A DNA stretch of 64,000 bases from an uncultured delta proteobacterium. GTDB lineage: Bacteria; Desulfobacterota; Binatia; UBA9968. Made by a program: the position numbers and the translations under genes. Positions 40,895 to 50,943 of this stretch are shown in pieces. Below the pieces are notes generated by a model, which was given only the letters and a program-made list of their open reading frames with translations, ran no database searches and was not told where the DNA came from. The stretch is from the NCBI GenBank assembly GCA_963745035.1, contig CAVUVW010000013.1:1472001-1536000 (forward strand), given 5' to 3'. How positions within the stretch are numbered: position 1 is the stretch's first letter; each line of letters opens with the position of its first letter.

Positions 40895-41887
40895 ATGAAA
40901 ACATGGCTGTTGACACTGGCTCTTCTGTTTTCGCTTTCGATCTTCTCCGTTGCATCGGCCCAGGACAAAAAACTCACGACCGTAAATCTCGGGTACTCCG
41001 CAATCAGCGGCAGCTTCGCGCCGCTCTGGGTCGGCTTCGACCAAGGCTTATTCGCCAAGCACGGCATCGATCTAAAAATGGCCTACATCCAGGGCAACCG
41101 CGTCATGCTGTCGGCGTTGACCGCCGGCGAGATTCATATTTATCAAGGCGGCGCCGAAGGGTTGATCCGGCTCGTCTCGGGCGGCGGCGACGGCATTTTC
41201 GTCGCCACGCAGTACAACTTCGTCGGCCATTACGTGCTCATGACCGATCCGAGCATCACTCGCCTCGAAGATCTGCGCGGCAAAAGACTCGCGCTCGATC
41301 CCACCAGCCCAACTTACGGCTACATGCTCAAAGTGCTGGAAACGGTGGGATTGAAGAAAGAAGACGTGAGCTTCGTGCAATTCGGCACCGTCGGGCAACC
41401 GGAGCGCGCCATGGCAGTCATGCGCAAACAGGCGGCGGCAACCATTCTCACCGCGCCGAATACCTACGCCGCCGAGAAACAGGGCTTGAGAAAATTTTCG
41501 ATCATTCGCGACCTCGGCATCCGCCAGTTGATCACCGTCAGCGCGACGACGAAAAGATTTCTCCGCGAAAGACGCGAAGTCACGGATGCGTATCTGCGCG
41601 CCTATGTCGAAGCGCTCGCCTACGTCAAGGCCAACCGCGATGTCACGATGAAAGTCATCGCCAAATACACCCGCCAGCGCGACCCGGAAGTGCTCACTAA
41701 ATTCTACGAAGACCTCGTGCCGGACCTGCCGCGCATCCCCTACGTCGACGACGTCTCGGCCCGCGCCACCGTCGACGCGATGCAGGCCCAAGGCCCGCCG
41801 CTACCGAAGGTCGATGTGAAAGCGCTTTACGACAATGGCCTATTGAAAATAATCGAGGCGGATTTAGACCGCGATAAGCGGCGGTAG
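40895..41887 (+). CDS. SsuA/THI5-like ABC substrate-binding protein
   Basis: Signal peptide MKTWLL, YSAISGSFAPLWV..DQGLFAKHG, DLRGKRL. Confidence 0.9.
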   Translation: MKTWLLTLALLFSLSIFSVASAQDKKLTTVNLGYSAISGSFAPLWVGFDQGLFAKHGIDLKMAYIQGNRVMLSALTAGEIHIYQGGAEGLIRLVSGGGDGIFVATQYNFVGHYVLMTDPSITRLEDLRGKRLALDPTSPTYGYMLKVLETVGLKKEDVSFVQFGTVGQPERAMAVMRKQAAATILTAPNTYAAEKQGLRKFSIIRDLGIRQLITVSATTKRFLRERREVTDAYLRAYVEALAYVKANRDVTMKVIAKYTRQRDPEVLTKFYEDLVPDLPRIPYVDDVSARATVDAMQAQGPPLPKVDVKALYDNGLLKIIEADLDRDKRR

Positions 41888-41933
41888 CTGCTGAGAGTGA
41901 AAACCCGGATGCAACGTTTTTGTTTCAGCCGAC

Positions 41934-42335
41934 CTATAAATGAGAAAAGAACGCGGGGGCTTCCTGCCACCTGTCGTTCAACCCGTCAACATAGGTAATT
42001 GGTAATTTGGAAAGTTCTTCTTCCGTGACGCCCTCGAGGCATCCAACGTTGACGCCGTACATCTTTCCGATCGGTGTCTCGTTTCCGACGCCGAAGGCGC
42101 GGACGCCACAGTGCTTACAGAAGAAGTGCTGGTTCTTCCTCGTGTTGAAGAGGTACTCGGTCATCTCGTGCTCGCCCGCCAGCAACCGGAAACCGTCGGG
42201 CCTGGCAACTGCTACCCAAAATCTGTTTCTTCTGCAGATGGAGCAGTTACACCTGTAGGTGCTCGCCGTAAGGTCGAGATCAGCTTCGAACCGAACTGTT
42301 CCGCAGTGGCAACTCCCCTGATATGTTTTCATCAT
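41934..42335 (-). CDS. GFA/CENP-V family protein
   Basis: YQGSCHCG, CNCSIC, HFFCKHCG, VNVGCL. Confidence 0.92.
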   Translation of the reverse strand: MMKTYQGSCHCGTVRFEADLDLTASTYRCNCSICRRNRFWVAVARPDGFRLLAGEHEMTEYLFNTRKNQHFFCKHCGVRAFGVGNETPIGKMYGVNVGCLEGVTEEELSKLPITYVDGLNDRWQEAPAFFSHL

Positions 42336-42573
42336 CTCCCTCGGCCCATGTGTGAAATAGTATTGATCCGTGGCCGGCCTAACGTATCGGTTGAGAGGGG
42401 CGAGACCAGCGAGCAAGTAGCGGCCGTAATCGAGGCAACTCCGCCCAAAGGAATATTTGCCACGCAAACCCATGCGAAGGAAGGATCATCGTCAGTCCGA
42501 ACATTAAACTAACGCCTCAAAAGCCCACTGACTTATCTCGCTAACGATTTGAGCCATTGCCCCACGTGAGAGA

Positions 42574-43686
42574 TCAAGAGGAGTGTGCTTCGGCCCGACG
42601 CTGCTCGATGGAGTAGCGCACGAGCGCAGCGTAGCGGTAGATCACGTGGGCGAATTTGCCGTAGGGCGCGGTTATGAAAAATCCGGCGACGAAGCCCAAG
42701 TGGATGACCAGCAGTGTTCCCATGGCGGAAGTTTCGCGGAATGCCAACAGCAAAAGTCCGGTGAGGCTGGTCGAAAATAGCAGCACGAGAAACGCCACGT
42801 CCATGTTGAGCATGGTCGAATCGGCGGGCGCGCGGTCGCTTTGCCATTTTAGATAGAGCAATCCGGCCGGACCGATCAACAGGCCGATGCCGCCGAGAGT
42901 GCCGAGAACCACCGGTGCGCTGAAGTAGGGATAAGGTGCCTGCCAGCCGAGGAAGTGATCGTAGAAAGCCGCGATCGTAGTTGCGGCCAGGTCGAGCAGA
43001 AATCCGAAGAAGGTCAGGTGGTGATACCACATCCGCGAAAGTGAAAAGCTCTCACCGGGATAGTTGCAGCCGGCGCCGCCACCTTTCATGTAAGCCAAAC
43101 CGAAAGCGTCTTTGGTCGCGCGCCAAAAAGCCGAAAAGTCGACCAGCTCTGTCGGCCGTCCGCCGGTTTCGCGCCAGAAACGTATCGTCCCTATCGCAAA
43201 AACTCCAAAACCGTAGAGCGCGATGAGCGATGGCGGCACGGTCATCGCGACAAACGGTACGACGCGGTAGAACGCGCCTTCGCCTAGATGTATCGCGAAC
43301 AGCGCATCCGGACCTTGGAACGCGAGCACAAGTCCAAGAATCAGCACGATGGAAGCGGCGGTGATCAGAGTCACTGCCATGGCGTTATGTTTAAAGAGGC
43401 TCGACAAGATCGCCGGCCAGGTGAACTCGCGATAGGTATCGGTGCGCAGCTCGGCCATCAGCTTGGGAATATTCACGCCGAACTCGTGCGGCGGCGCGTA
43501 CTGGCAGGCGTAGTAACAGTCGCGGCAATCGAAACAGAGATTGGCGAGATAAGTGAGATCGGCTTTGGTGAAGATCCGCCGCTGCTCCATCGCCGGAAAA
43601 ACCGCGCAGTACCCTTCGCAGTAGCGGCAAGCGTTGCAGATCGTCATCTGCCGCGCGCCATCTTTGATAAGATCAGAATCCGGCAC
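42574..43686 (-). CDS. tcuB: Tricarballylate utilization 4Fe-4S membrane protein
   Basis: ICNACRYCEGYCAVFPAM, LANLCFDCRDCYYACQYAPPHEF, PYGKFAH. Confidence 0.93.
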   Translation of the reverse strand: MPDSDLIKDGARQMTICNACRYCEGYCAVFPAMEQRRIFTKADLTYLANLCFDCRDCYYACQYAPPHEFGVNIPKLMAELRTDTYREFTWPAILSSLFKHNAMAVTLITAASIVLILGLVLAFQGPDALFAIHLGEGAFYRVVPFVAMTVPPSLIALYGFGVFAIGTIRFWRETGGRPTELVDFSAFWRATKDAFGLAYMKGGGAGCNYPGESFSLSRMWYHHLTFFGFLLDLAATTIAAFYDHFLGWQAPYPYFSAPVVLGTLGGIGLLIGPAGLLYLKWQSDRAPADSTMLNMDVAFLVLLFSTSLTGLLLLAFRETSAMGTLLVIHLGFVAGFFITAPYGKFAHVIYRYAALVRYSIEQRRAEAHSS

Positions 43687-45071
43687 AGCGCGCCGCCTCC
43701 CGCCCGGCGATTCTACCGAACACCGAGCCGATGGTGAGACCGAAGCCTGCGAGATAGCCCCGGCCCAGAATGTTTCCGGCCATCACTTCGCCCGCCGCGA
43801 AGACATTTTTCGCCGGCCGATCGTCCTGCATGATCACCTGTGCTTGCTCGTTCACCGTTACGCCTAAATAAGTAAAAGTAATTCCCGGCCGGAGCGGATA
43901 GCCGTAGTACGGCGGCGTATCGATCGGGCGGGCCCAATGACTCTTCGGCGGCGTGAGCCCTTCCGTGCGGCATTCATCCAAACTCCCAGGATCGAACTTC
44001 CCGGTTCGCACGGAACGATTGAATGCATCGACGACTTCCGAAAGTTTGCCCGAATCGATTTCCAACGCCTTGGCAAGGTCAGATATCGAACCCGCTTCGA
44101 CCGGCGGAAACACCGACGGCATGAAGTGCGGCAATCCTTTGGCATCGACGATGGAATAAGCGATCTGCCCGGGCTGTTCGGCGATGAGCTTCCCCCAGAT
44201 CGCGTAGCGCTTCGGCCAGAAATCTTCGCCCTCGTCGTAAAACCGCTTTACTTCCTTGTTGACGACGATGCCGAACGGCACGCTGTCCAAGCGCGTCACG
44301 ATGCCGCCGTCGAATTTCGGCGCGCGCGCATCGAGCGCCACGGCGTGGCAGCCGCGCGGATCGCCCTCCGGTTTGGCGCCGTGTTTGAGCAACTCCTTCA
44401 GCATGCCTCCCTTATTGTGCGGCGTGCCCCGGATGATGAAATTGTCCGCGGCGTCGCCCCAGTATTCCTTCAGCCAGGGAATATTTGCTTCAAAGCCACC
44501 GCTGGCGACGACGAGCGTCTTCGCCCCGTATTCATTTGACGCGCCATTCCGACTCGCCACAGCAGAGGCAAATTGGCCATCGATCATTTTCAATTCACGC
44601 ACCTCGGTTTCATAGGCGACCTTCACGCCCAGCTTTGTCGCCGTGTCATAGTAGGCGTTCATCATCGCCTTGCCGCCGCCGAGCATGAACAGATTGCTGC
44701 GCGTGAGATGGAGCGTGCCGCGCAGCGGCTTTTGCCAACGCACTCCGTTGGCCGGCATCCAATCGCCCAGCGTTTCGGATTCACGAATGGTCAAGCGGGC
44801 CAGGCGCTCGTTGGTCGCTCCGCCGGTAACACCGAGAAGATCTCGCCAAAATTCTTCTTCAGTCGTAAGCGGCGGTGACGAACTCGGTGGCGGCGCGATG
44901 CATGTATCGGATATCGCGCGTGTGGCGGCTATTGCCGCCGCGAAAATCTTTGGTCGCGCATTCGAGCACGAGCACGCTGGCCCCGGCGCGCCGCGCCGTG
45001 ATCGCCGCGCACAACGCCGCGTTGCCGCCGCCGACGACGAGCACGTCGTAATGATGATTTGGATCCGGCAT
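43673..45071 (-). CDS. tcuA: FAD-dependent tricarballylate dehydrogenase; frameshift near 44820-44865
   Basis: YDVLVVGGGNAALCAA, RGGNSRHTR, LRGTLHL, HAVALDARAPKFDGGIVTRLD, EDFWPKRYAIWG, GNILGRGYLAG. Confidence 0.93.
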
Positions 45072-45098
45072 CGAAGAATTCGTTTCCTTAAAGCGCAT

Positions 45099-45403
45099 TC
45101 ACCACGAAGTAAATCATGACCTTACGCTCGCCCACAGAGAATCAAAATGGGGAGTTCCCACGGACGATTCTCTCCGCCACTCGTCATTCCCGCGCACGCG
45201 GGAATCCGCTTTGTTTTGTCAAATCGGCCTGGATACCCGCTTTCGCGGGTATGACGGAACCCAACCGCTACCCCATCATCTGCTGCAATTCCGCACCCGT
45301 ACTTTTCGAAGGAGCGCACAAAGGGCACGAAGAATTGGATCAGCGGGTTTAAATGCCGCCTCCTCCAGTCGAGACCTTCGTGTTCTTCGTGCCTTCGTGG
45401 TGA
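45099..45403. repeat. Nested composite element: outer TCACCACGAAG / CTTCGTGGTGA palindrome with an internal GTCATTCCCGC REP doublet (45182-45256)
   Basis: 11-bp inverted ends; right arm cttcgtgtt cttcgtgc cttcgtggtga; inner cgtcattcccgcgcacgcgggaatcc ... ggatacccgctttcgcgggtatgacg. Confidence 0.7.
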
Positions 45404-45497
45404 GTTATAACTTAGTCGATGGCGCATTCACAACGAGGCGCTTTGACTTACGCTCGCCTTCTACGCTATGCAAACTGCAGCGAACGGGAGGAGATTC

Positions 45498-46616
45498 ATG
45501 ATGAACCGCCATTCGAAACGACTATGGGCGGCATTATTTGTCGCGGCATTTCTTATCATTCCAAGCGTAGTCCATTCGGCCGAGGCGCCGGAAGATTGGA
45601 AGAGAACCATTGAAGCGGCCAAGCGCGAAGGCAAGGTCGTTGTCGGCGGTCCGCCCACCAGCGTGCTACGGCAAAAATTCAAAGAGACTTTCGAGAAGCG
45701 CTTTGGCATCGAGATGGAGCTCCTCTCCGCGCCGGGGCCGCAGAACGCGTCGCGCGCCATGTCCGAGTTCAAAGCCGGCGTTAAGTATTTCGACGCGCTG
45801 CACGGCGGCTCCGGCACGCTCGAGCCGCTGATGCGCGAGAACGCCCTCGCGCCGTTCATGGATTTCGTCATTCTCCCGGAAGTCAAAGACCCCCGCCAGT
45901 GGTGGGGCGGGCACATGTGGGAAGACAACATCAAAACCAATCGCTTCATTTACTCGTACTCCGCGGATTTCTCGACTCCACCCTTCTACAACGCGGATCT
46001 CGTCAAGCCCGACGAAGTCAAATCGTACGACGACTTTCTAAATCCCAAATGGAAAAACAAGATCGGGTTTTTCGAGCCGCGCATTCCCAGCGCCGGCCAG
46101 GGGTTGTGGGGATTCTTGATGAAGATCAAGGGCAAGGAGTTTTTACAGAAGCTTGTCAATCAGGAATTATTCATCAGCCGCGACGGAAAGCAGCTCGCCG
46201 ATTCCATGTCCAAGGGGAACCTCGCTTTCAACCTCGGCCAATCGCAGCGCTTCATCGAGCCTTATTTGAAAGCTGGAATTCCGATCAAGCCGCTCAACAA
46301 CATCAAAGAGGGTCTGAGCGGCAGCAACGGCTTCGGCACGGTCGCGATCATGAAGAACGCCGCGCAACCGAACGCGGCGAAGGTCTACATCAACTGGTTG
46401 CTCGGGAAAGAAGGCCAGGATCTCTACAGCCAGGCGCTCACCCAAGGCACGCGCCGCCTCGATGTCGACACCAAATGGCTGGCTAAGTTCGATTCATCGG
46501 CCGCCAAGGACGTCATGACGCCGGAAGAGTTCGAGAAAGTCCGTTTCTACGGCGAAGACATCATCAAGAACTGGCGCGAGCCCGGCGGCGAATTCGCGCG
46601 TCAGATCATCAAGTAA
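45498..46616 (+). CDS. AfuA/FbpA-like ABC substrate-binding protein
   Basis: GGAGGAG RBS; W..TIEAAKREGKVVV, DFLNPKWKNKI, AQPNAAKVYINWLL.KEGQ. Confidence 0.9.
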   Translation: MMNRHSKRLWAALFVAAFLIIPSVVHSAEAPEDWKRTIEAAKREGKVVVGGPPTSVLRQKFKETFEKRFGIEMELLSAPGPQNASRAMSEFKAGVKYFDALHGGSGTLEPLMRENALAPFMDFVILPEVKDPRQWWGGHMWEDNIKTNRFIYSYSADFSTPPFYNADLVKPDEVKSYDDFLNPKWKNKIGFFEPRIPSAGQGLWGFLMKIKGKEFLQKLVNQELFISRDGKQLADSMSKGNLAFNLGQSQRFIEPYLKAGIPIKPLNNIKEGLSGSNGFGTVAIMKNAAQPNAAKVYINWLLGKEGQDLYSQALTQGTRRLDVDTKWLAKFDSSAAKDVMTPEEFEKVRFYGEDIIKNWREPGGEFARQIIK

Positions 46617-46667
46617 GCAGATCAAAAAGCGGCCCGGGCGTGGTGGCACAATAATGCCCGGGTGACT

Positions 46668-46696
46668 TTGAAATATAGCCATATTCTAGATATATT
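46668..46696 (+). promoter_or_regulatory. Sigma70-type promoter of the TA operon, probably giving a leaderless mRNA
   Basis: TTGAAA(46668)-17 nt-TATATT(46691); ATG at 46703 with no SD. Confidence 0.65.
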
Positions 46697-46702
46697 GTGT
46701 CC

Positions 46703-46954
46703 ATGAACATAGTCAATGTCGCCACCTTAAAGGAAAAACTTAGTTATTATCTCCGCTTGGTTAAGAAGGGAGAAGAAGTTATCATCATCTCCCATCGCCA
46801 TCCGGTTGGCCGCATACTTCCCGCGGCGGCCGAAACGCTTCAAATTCGCCAGCCTCGCCGGCCGGTGAGTAACCTGTCGTTGATCAAAGGCATACGGCTA
46901 AAGCGGTCATCCTCCGCCGTAAAAACATTGTTGGAAGATCGCCGGCGACGATGA
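46703..46954 (+). CDS. Phd/YefM-family antitoxin
   Basis: VNVATLKEKLSYYLRLVKKGEEVII..HRHPVGRI; overlaps the toxin start (ATGA). Confidence 0.88.
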   Translation: MNIVNVATLKEKLSYYLRLVKKGEEVIIISHRHPVGRILPAAAETLQIRQPRRPVSNLSLIKGIRLKRSSSAVKTLLEDRRRR

Positions 46955-47367
46955 CTGTTTATCTGGATACCTCCGTTATTCTCAGGATCCTATTCCGCGA
47001 AGGCAACCCCGTTTCCGTCTGGAAAAAATGGGACAAAGCATACAGCAGCGCTTTGTGGCGCGTCGAGGCGCTAAGAACCACAGATCGCTTGCGCCTCACT
47101 CAGGAGATCACAGATATCGAAGTGGCGGCTCTCGTGCGCGAGATTCAAGTCATCGACGACACTTTGGCCATCTGCGCCATCGATGAAAAAATTCTGCAAC
47201 GCGCGGGCGAAACCTTTCCTACTGTGGTTGGAACGCTCGACGCGATTCATCTGGCCAGTGCGCTTAAAATCCGTGAGATCGACGCCTTGGATGCGCTACT
47301 AACTCACGACCTTCAGCTCGCCACAGCAGCGAGAAGCCTTGGATTCAATGTCATTGGCGCTGCGTAA
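46951..47367 (+). CDS. vapC: VapC PIN-domain toxin
   Basis: VYLDTSVI, VE, GTLDAIHLASA, LTHD.QL..AARSLG. Confidence 0.88.
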   Translation: MTVYLDTSVILRILFREGNPVSVWKKWDKAYSSALWRVEALRTTDRLRLTQEITDIEVAALVREIQVIDDTLAICAIDEKILQRAGETFPTVVGTLDAIHLASALKIREIDALDALLTHDLQLATAARSLGFNVIGAA

Positions 47368-47414
47368 AAAAGAATCGCTGCCATGACCGTGCTTCTCATA
47401 GAGGGAGATTTCCG

Positions 47415-48133
47415 ATGCGCTACGAGCTTTACTATTGGCCGTCGATCCAGGGCCGCGGCGAGTTTGTTCGTCTCGCGCTCGAAGACGCGGGCGCCGACTA
47501 TGTCGATGTCGCGCGCAAACCGAAAGGCATGGCGGCGATGGAGCGGCTGATGGAGAGCCGCTCCATCGACCATCCGCCTTACGCGCCCCCGTTCTTGAAA
47601 GCCGGCAAGCTTCTCATCGCGCAGACCGCGAACATCCTTTTGTATCTTGGACCGCGGCTGGGTCTGGTTCCAAACAGTGATCCGATCAGGTTGTGGGCGC
47701 ACCAGCTCCAACTCACGATCGCCGATTGGGTCGCCGAGGCCCATGACACGCATCATCCGATCGCGAGCAGTCTTTACTACGAGGATCAGAGAGACGAAGC
47801 CAAGCGGCGCGCCGCTGATTTCACCGCCGAGCGCATGCCGAAATATCTCGGTTACTTCGAAAGAATACTCAAGCGCAATCCGAAAGGAGGCGAGCTATCT
47901 TCTTGGGAAAAAGGTTTCCTATGTCGATCTCTCGTTGTTTCAAGTGATCGAAGGCTTACGCTACGCGTTCCCGCGCGCCATGGAGCGGCTCGAAGCCAAA
48001 CATCCGACTGTCGATCGCACTGCGCGATCGCATCGCTGCGCGGCCGCGATTGGCTGCGTATCTCTCATCGGAACGTCGCATCGCTTTCAATCAAGATGGC
48101 ATCTTTCGCCACTACCCCGAGCTCGATGATTGA
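47415..48133 (+). CDS. Glutathione S-transferase; frameshifts near 47895 and 48015
   Basis: YELYYWPSIQGRGEFVRLALE, APPFL, IAQTANILLYL, SYVDLSLFQ..EGLRYAFP, FNQDGIFRHYPELD. Confidence 0.88.
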
Positions 48134-48190
48134 GGATTGCCAAAGCCGCTGATTGGTTTACATTGAAAAACTAATCAAGGAGGTCCAATC

Positions 48191-48850
48191 ATGGCAATCG
48201 AACTTTACTGGGGCAGCGGCAGTCCGTTCGCGTGGCGCGTGATGTTGACCCTCGAAGTGAAAGGGCTCGCGTACGAATCGAAGTTGCTGGAGTTCTCCAA
48301 AGGCGACCACAAAACGCCGTCCTATCTACAGCTCAATCCGCGCGGCAAAGTACCGACGCTCAAAGACGGCGAGTTCGTTGTCTACGAATCGCTTGCCATG
48401 ATGGCTTATCTCGATCGCAAATATCCCGATCCGCCGCTCTTCGGTAAAACTCCCGAAGAGACAGGTCTCATTTGGCAAGCGCTATCGGAATGTGAGTCGT
48501 ATCTCGTTAGCGCCGGCGACAAGGTCGTCCGGCCGCTCTTCTTCGGCAAGGGCTTGGACAAGGTCGATGAAATTCAACAAGCGGCGCAAACGATTCGCCA
48601 GGAGTGGAAATCCATCGATGCGCGCCTCGCCCGATCGAATTGGCTGGTCGGCACGCAGATTTCCGCGGCGGATATCACCGTCTTTCCCGTGGTGCAATTG
48701 CTTTTACGCGCAGCGTCCAAAGAGGCGGCCCAGCCGCTTGATCTGGGGTTGATGCCTTTGTCGCAAACTTATCCGAATCTCGCCCGTTGGGTTCGGCAAA
48801 TCGAAGCCCTGCCCGGCTACGAGCGCACCTATCCACCCCACTGGCGATAA
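48191..48850 (+). CDS. Glutathione S-transferase family protein
   Basis: LYWGSGSPFAWRV, LNPRGKVPTL, YESLAM, SAADI, YPPHW. Confidence 0.92.
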   Translation: MAIELYWGSGSPFAWRVMLTLEVKGLAYESKLLEFSKGDHKTPSYLQLNPRGKVPTLKDGEFVVYESLAMMAYLDRKYPDPPLFGKTPEETGLIWQALSECESYLVSAGDKVVRPLFFGKGLDKVDEIQQAAQTIRQEWKSIDARLARSNWLVGTQISAADITVFPVVQLLLRAASKEAAQPLDLGLMPLSQTYPNLARWVRQIEALPGYERTYPPHWR

Positions 48851-48889
48851 TCGATTCGTCCTCGATTTCGCAGACCTCGCGGAGGTCCA

Positions 48890-49866
48890 ATGCACCATCT
48901 GGCGGAATTTATCAAGCGAATCCTTCTCGTCTTGATCATATTGATCGCGGCGCCAAGGCGACGCCGCGGAACGCGCCAAGCTCACTCTTGGCTATTCCAG
49001 CACCGGACCGACCGGCGTTGGATTGTGGGTGGCAAAGGACATCGGCGCTTTCGACAAATACGGCGTCGACCCCAATCTTGTTTTCATTTCTTCCGGTCCG
49101 GTGATGGTTCCCGCGCTGATCGGCGGCGACGTCCAGGCCGCCGTCGCCGGAGCGAACGCGGTGATCGCCGCGGTGCTCGGCGGCGCGCCGATCGTATCGG
49201 TAGCGAGCCTCGCCAATCGTCCCTATCTACGACTTTGGGTTCACCCCGAGGTTACTCGCGTCGAAGAGCTGCGCGGCAAGACTTTCGGGGTGTCCCGCTT
49301 CGGCGCGACGACGGATAATTTGACGAGAATTCTTCTGCGCCGGGTCGGCCTGGAAAACGCCGTGACCATCCGCCAGCTCGGCGGCACGCTCGAAGTCGGA
49401 CTCGCTTTTCGCCACCGGCAGATCGACGGCGCGGTTCTCGCGACTCTCCGCACCGACGTGCCGCATCGAATTTTGATCGAGCTCGCCGAATCGGGCATTC
49501 AATATTCCATGGGGCAGCTCGCTGTCTCGCGTGACTTTCAACGCCGCTCTCCGGACACGCTCGAGAAAATCATGCGCGCCTACCTCGAAGGCGTTGCGGT
49601 AGTGCGCGACCCCAACCAGAAAGAGCGCGTGCTCAAGACATTAGTGCGTTATACGCGGCTCAAGGAAAGCAAGGCGATCGAAGAGATCTACAGCGACGCT
49701 TTCAAGTACGTCGATCGCGTTCCACGCGTCGAAGCTGAAGCTGTTTCCGCGACGTTGGAATTCATGGGCAAAAAAGGCCTGCCGGTCGAAACCTTCGCGG
49801 ACAATTCCATCATCGACCGCTTGGTAAAGGAAGGGTTTCGTCGATCAGCTGTACAAAAAAAGGTAG
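48890..49866 (+). CDS. SsuA/THI5-like ABC substrate-binding protein; frameshifts near 48960-49020 and 49835
   Basis: WVAKDIGAFDKYG, ELRGKTFGVSRFGATTD, DNSIIDRLVKEG. Confidence 0.85.
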
Positions 49867-49871
49867 TCGGC

Positions 49872-50753
49872 CTAGCAATTACAGCGCAGTGAAAATTCGT
49901 TTTCTCTATCGAGCAGCGACTCGCCGATCGCTTGATGATCGGCGACATGGCGCGAGACCGTGCTCAATCCTCTGCGATAGAGATCCTTGACCTCTTCTTC
50001 CCAGTCGCGCCGGCCGTTGCCGGACCACTGAAACGGCAGCTCGAGGATTTTCCAGGGAGGGACAAACGCCGGGGCGGAGGCCAGCGCCGCGCGCAAGATT
50101 TCACGCTGGAGCTCCGGCTCATTGGGTTTTCCCGCAGGACAGCCTAGCGGAAAGTCCAGAAACACCGTGCGCGGCGGCTTGAAGGCCATGCTGACCTCCC
50201 ACAGCGTGCTCATCGAGAGCGTGGGCAAACCTCGCGCTTCGAGAGCCCGCGCGATCAGTCCGACGGACCGATGACAGGCGGGTCAGAACGGGAAGAGAAA
50301 AACCAGGTCGACGCCTTGGCGGTCAAATTCGTCCTTGATAGCGGGAACGGTGGTCTTTAGCAGCTCGGTAAATTTGCTGATCGATCCCACCATCGAAACG
50401 GCTCGCGGAGCGAGCCCGCCGATAACGCCTTCGGCTTCCAGCTCGACCAGCCGGTCGCGCGGAAACGCAACGTTCATATCTTCGAGAGCCCAGCGTCGAA
50501 CCGGCGTCTGATGGGCGATCGTGAGCTCCGAGTAGGGCGTCCGGCGATCGATCAGGCGGTAGGACAGATCATTGGTTTCATTCAGAGGAGCGTCGTCGCG
50601 CAATTGAACGCCTGCGCTCGTGAAGATACCGATGGTCGATTGAGAAATGGGCTTGCGCAGCGGCGTGAGCCGGGGCGGCGCAAAATTGGGCTGCCGGGGA
50701 TAAGGCTGCGGCGCCATGAGCTCGGTCATGAATTGGACGTAGCTGAACGGCAA
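49872..50753 (-). CDS. PrdB/GrdB (D-proline/glycine reductase selenoprotein B)-like protein; probable selenoprotein (UPAC, TGA at 50283-50285)
   Basis: ORF 50283..50753 (TSAGV, DLSYR, DMNVAFP.DRL.EL..EG.IG, GVDLVFL) reads through TGA in frame to PACHRSVGLIARALEARGLPT...PPR...FPLG and ORF 49872..50228; 293 aa. Confidence 0.85.
50246..50282 (-). promoter_or_regulatory. Putative bacterial SECIS hairpin
   Basis: mRNA after UGA: CCCGC-cuguc-AUCGGUCC-guc-GGACUGAU-cgc-GCGGG (lower and upper stems, G in loop). Confidence 0.7.
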
Positions 50754-50943
50754 AGCGTTCCCTCCTCACAAGGTGGAACGATTCATCAATACGTCCATCG
50801 CAAGACCGCAGTCAATCGATCTTCTCAGGACTTGCTCCAAGCCTCCTCTTGACTCACCGTTTGCGCTTGTCTTACCTTGCGCTTGGCTGTCGTCTGTCTA
50901 TGATGGTCTGGAAATTCCGCCGGCGAACGGGAGAGGAAAACAC

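Noticed and set aside
46644-46660. TGGCACAATAATGC as a sigma54 promoter (also TTGGCACGCGATTCG at 15711)
   Set aside because: GG-GC spacing is 9 rather than 10 nt in the first and the -12 GC is missing in the second; both are better explained as hairpins.
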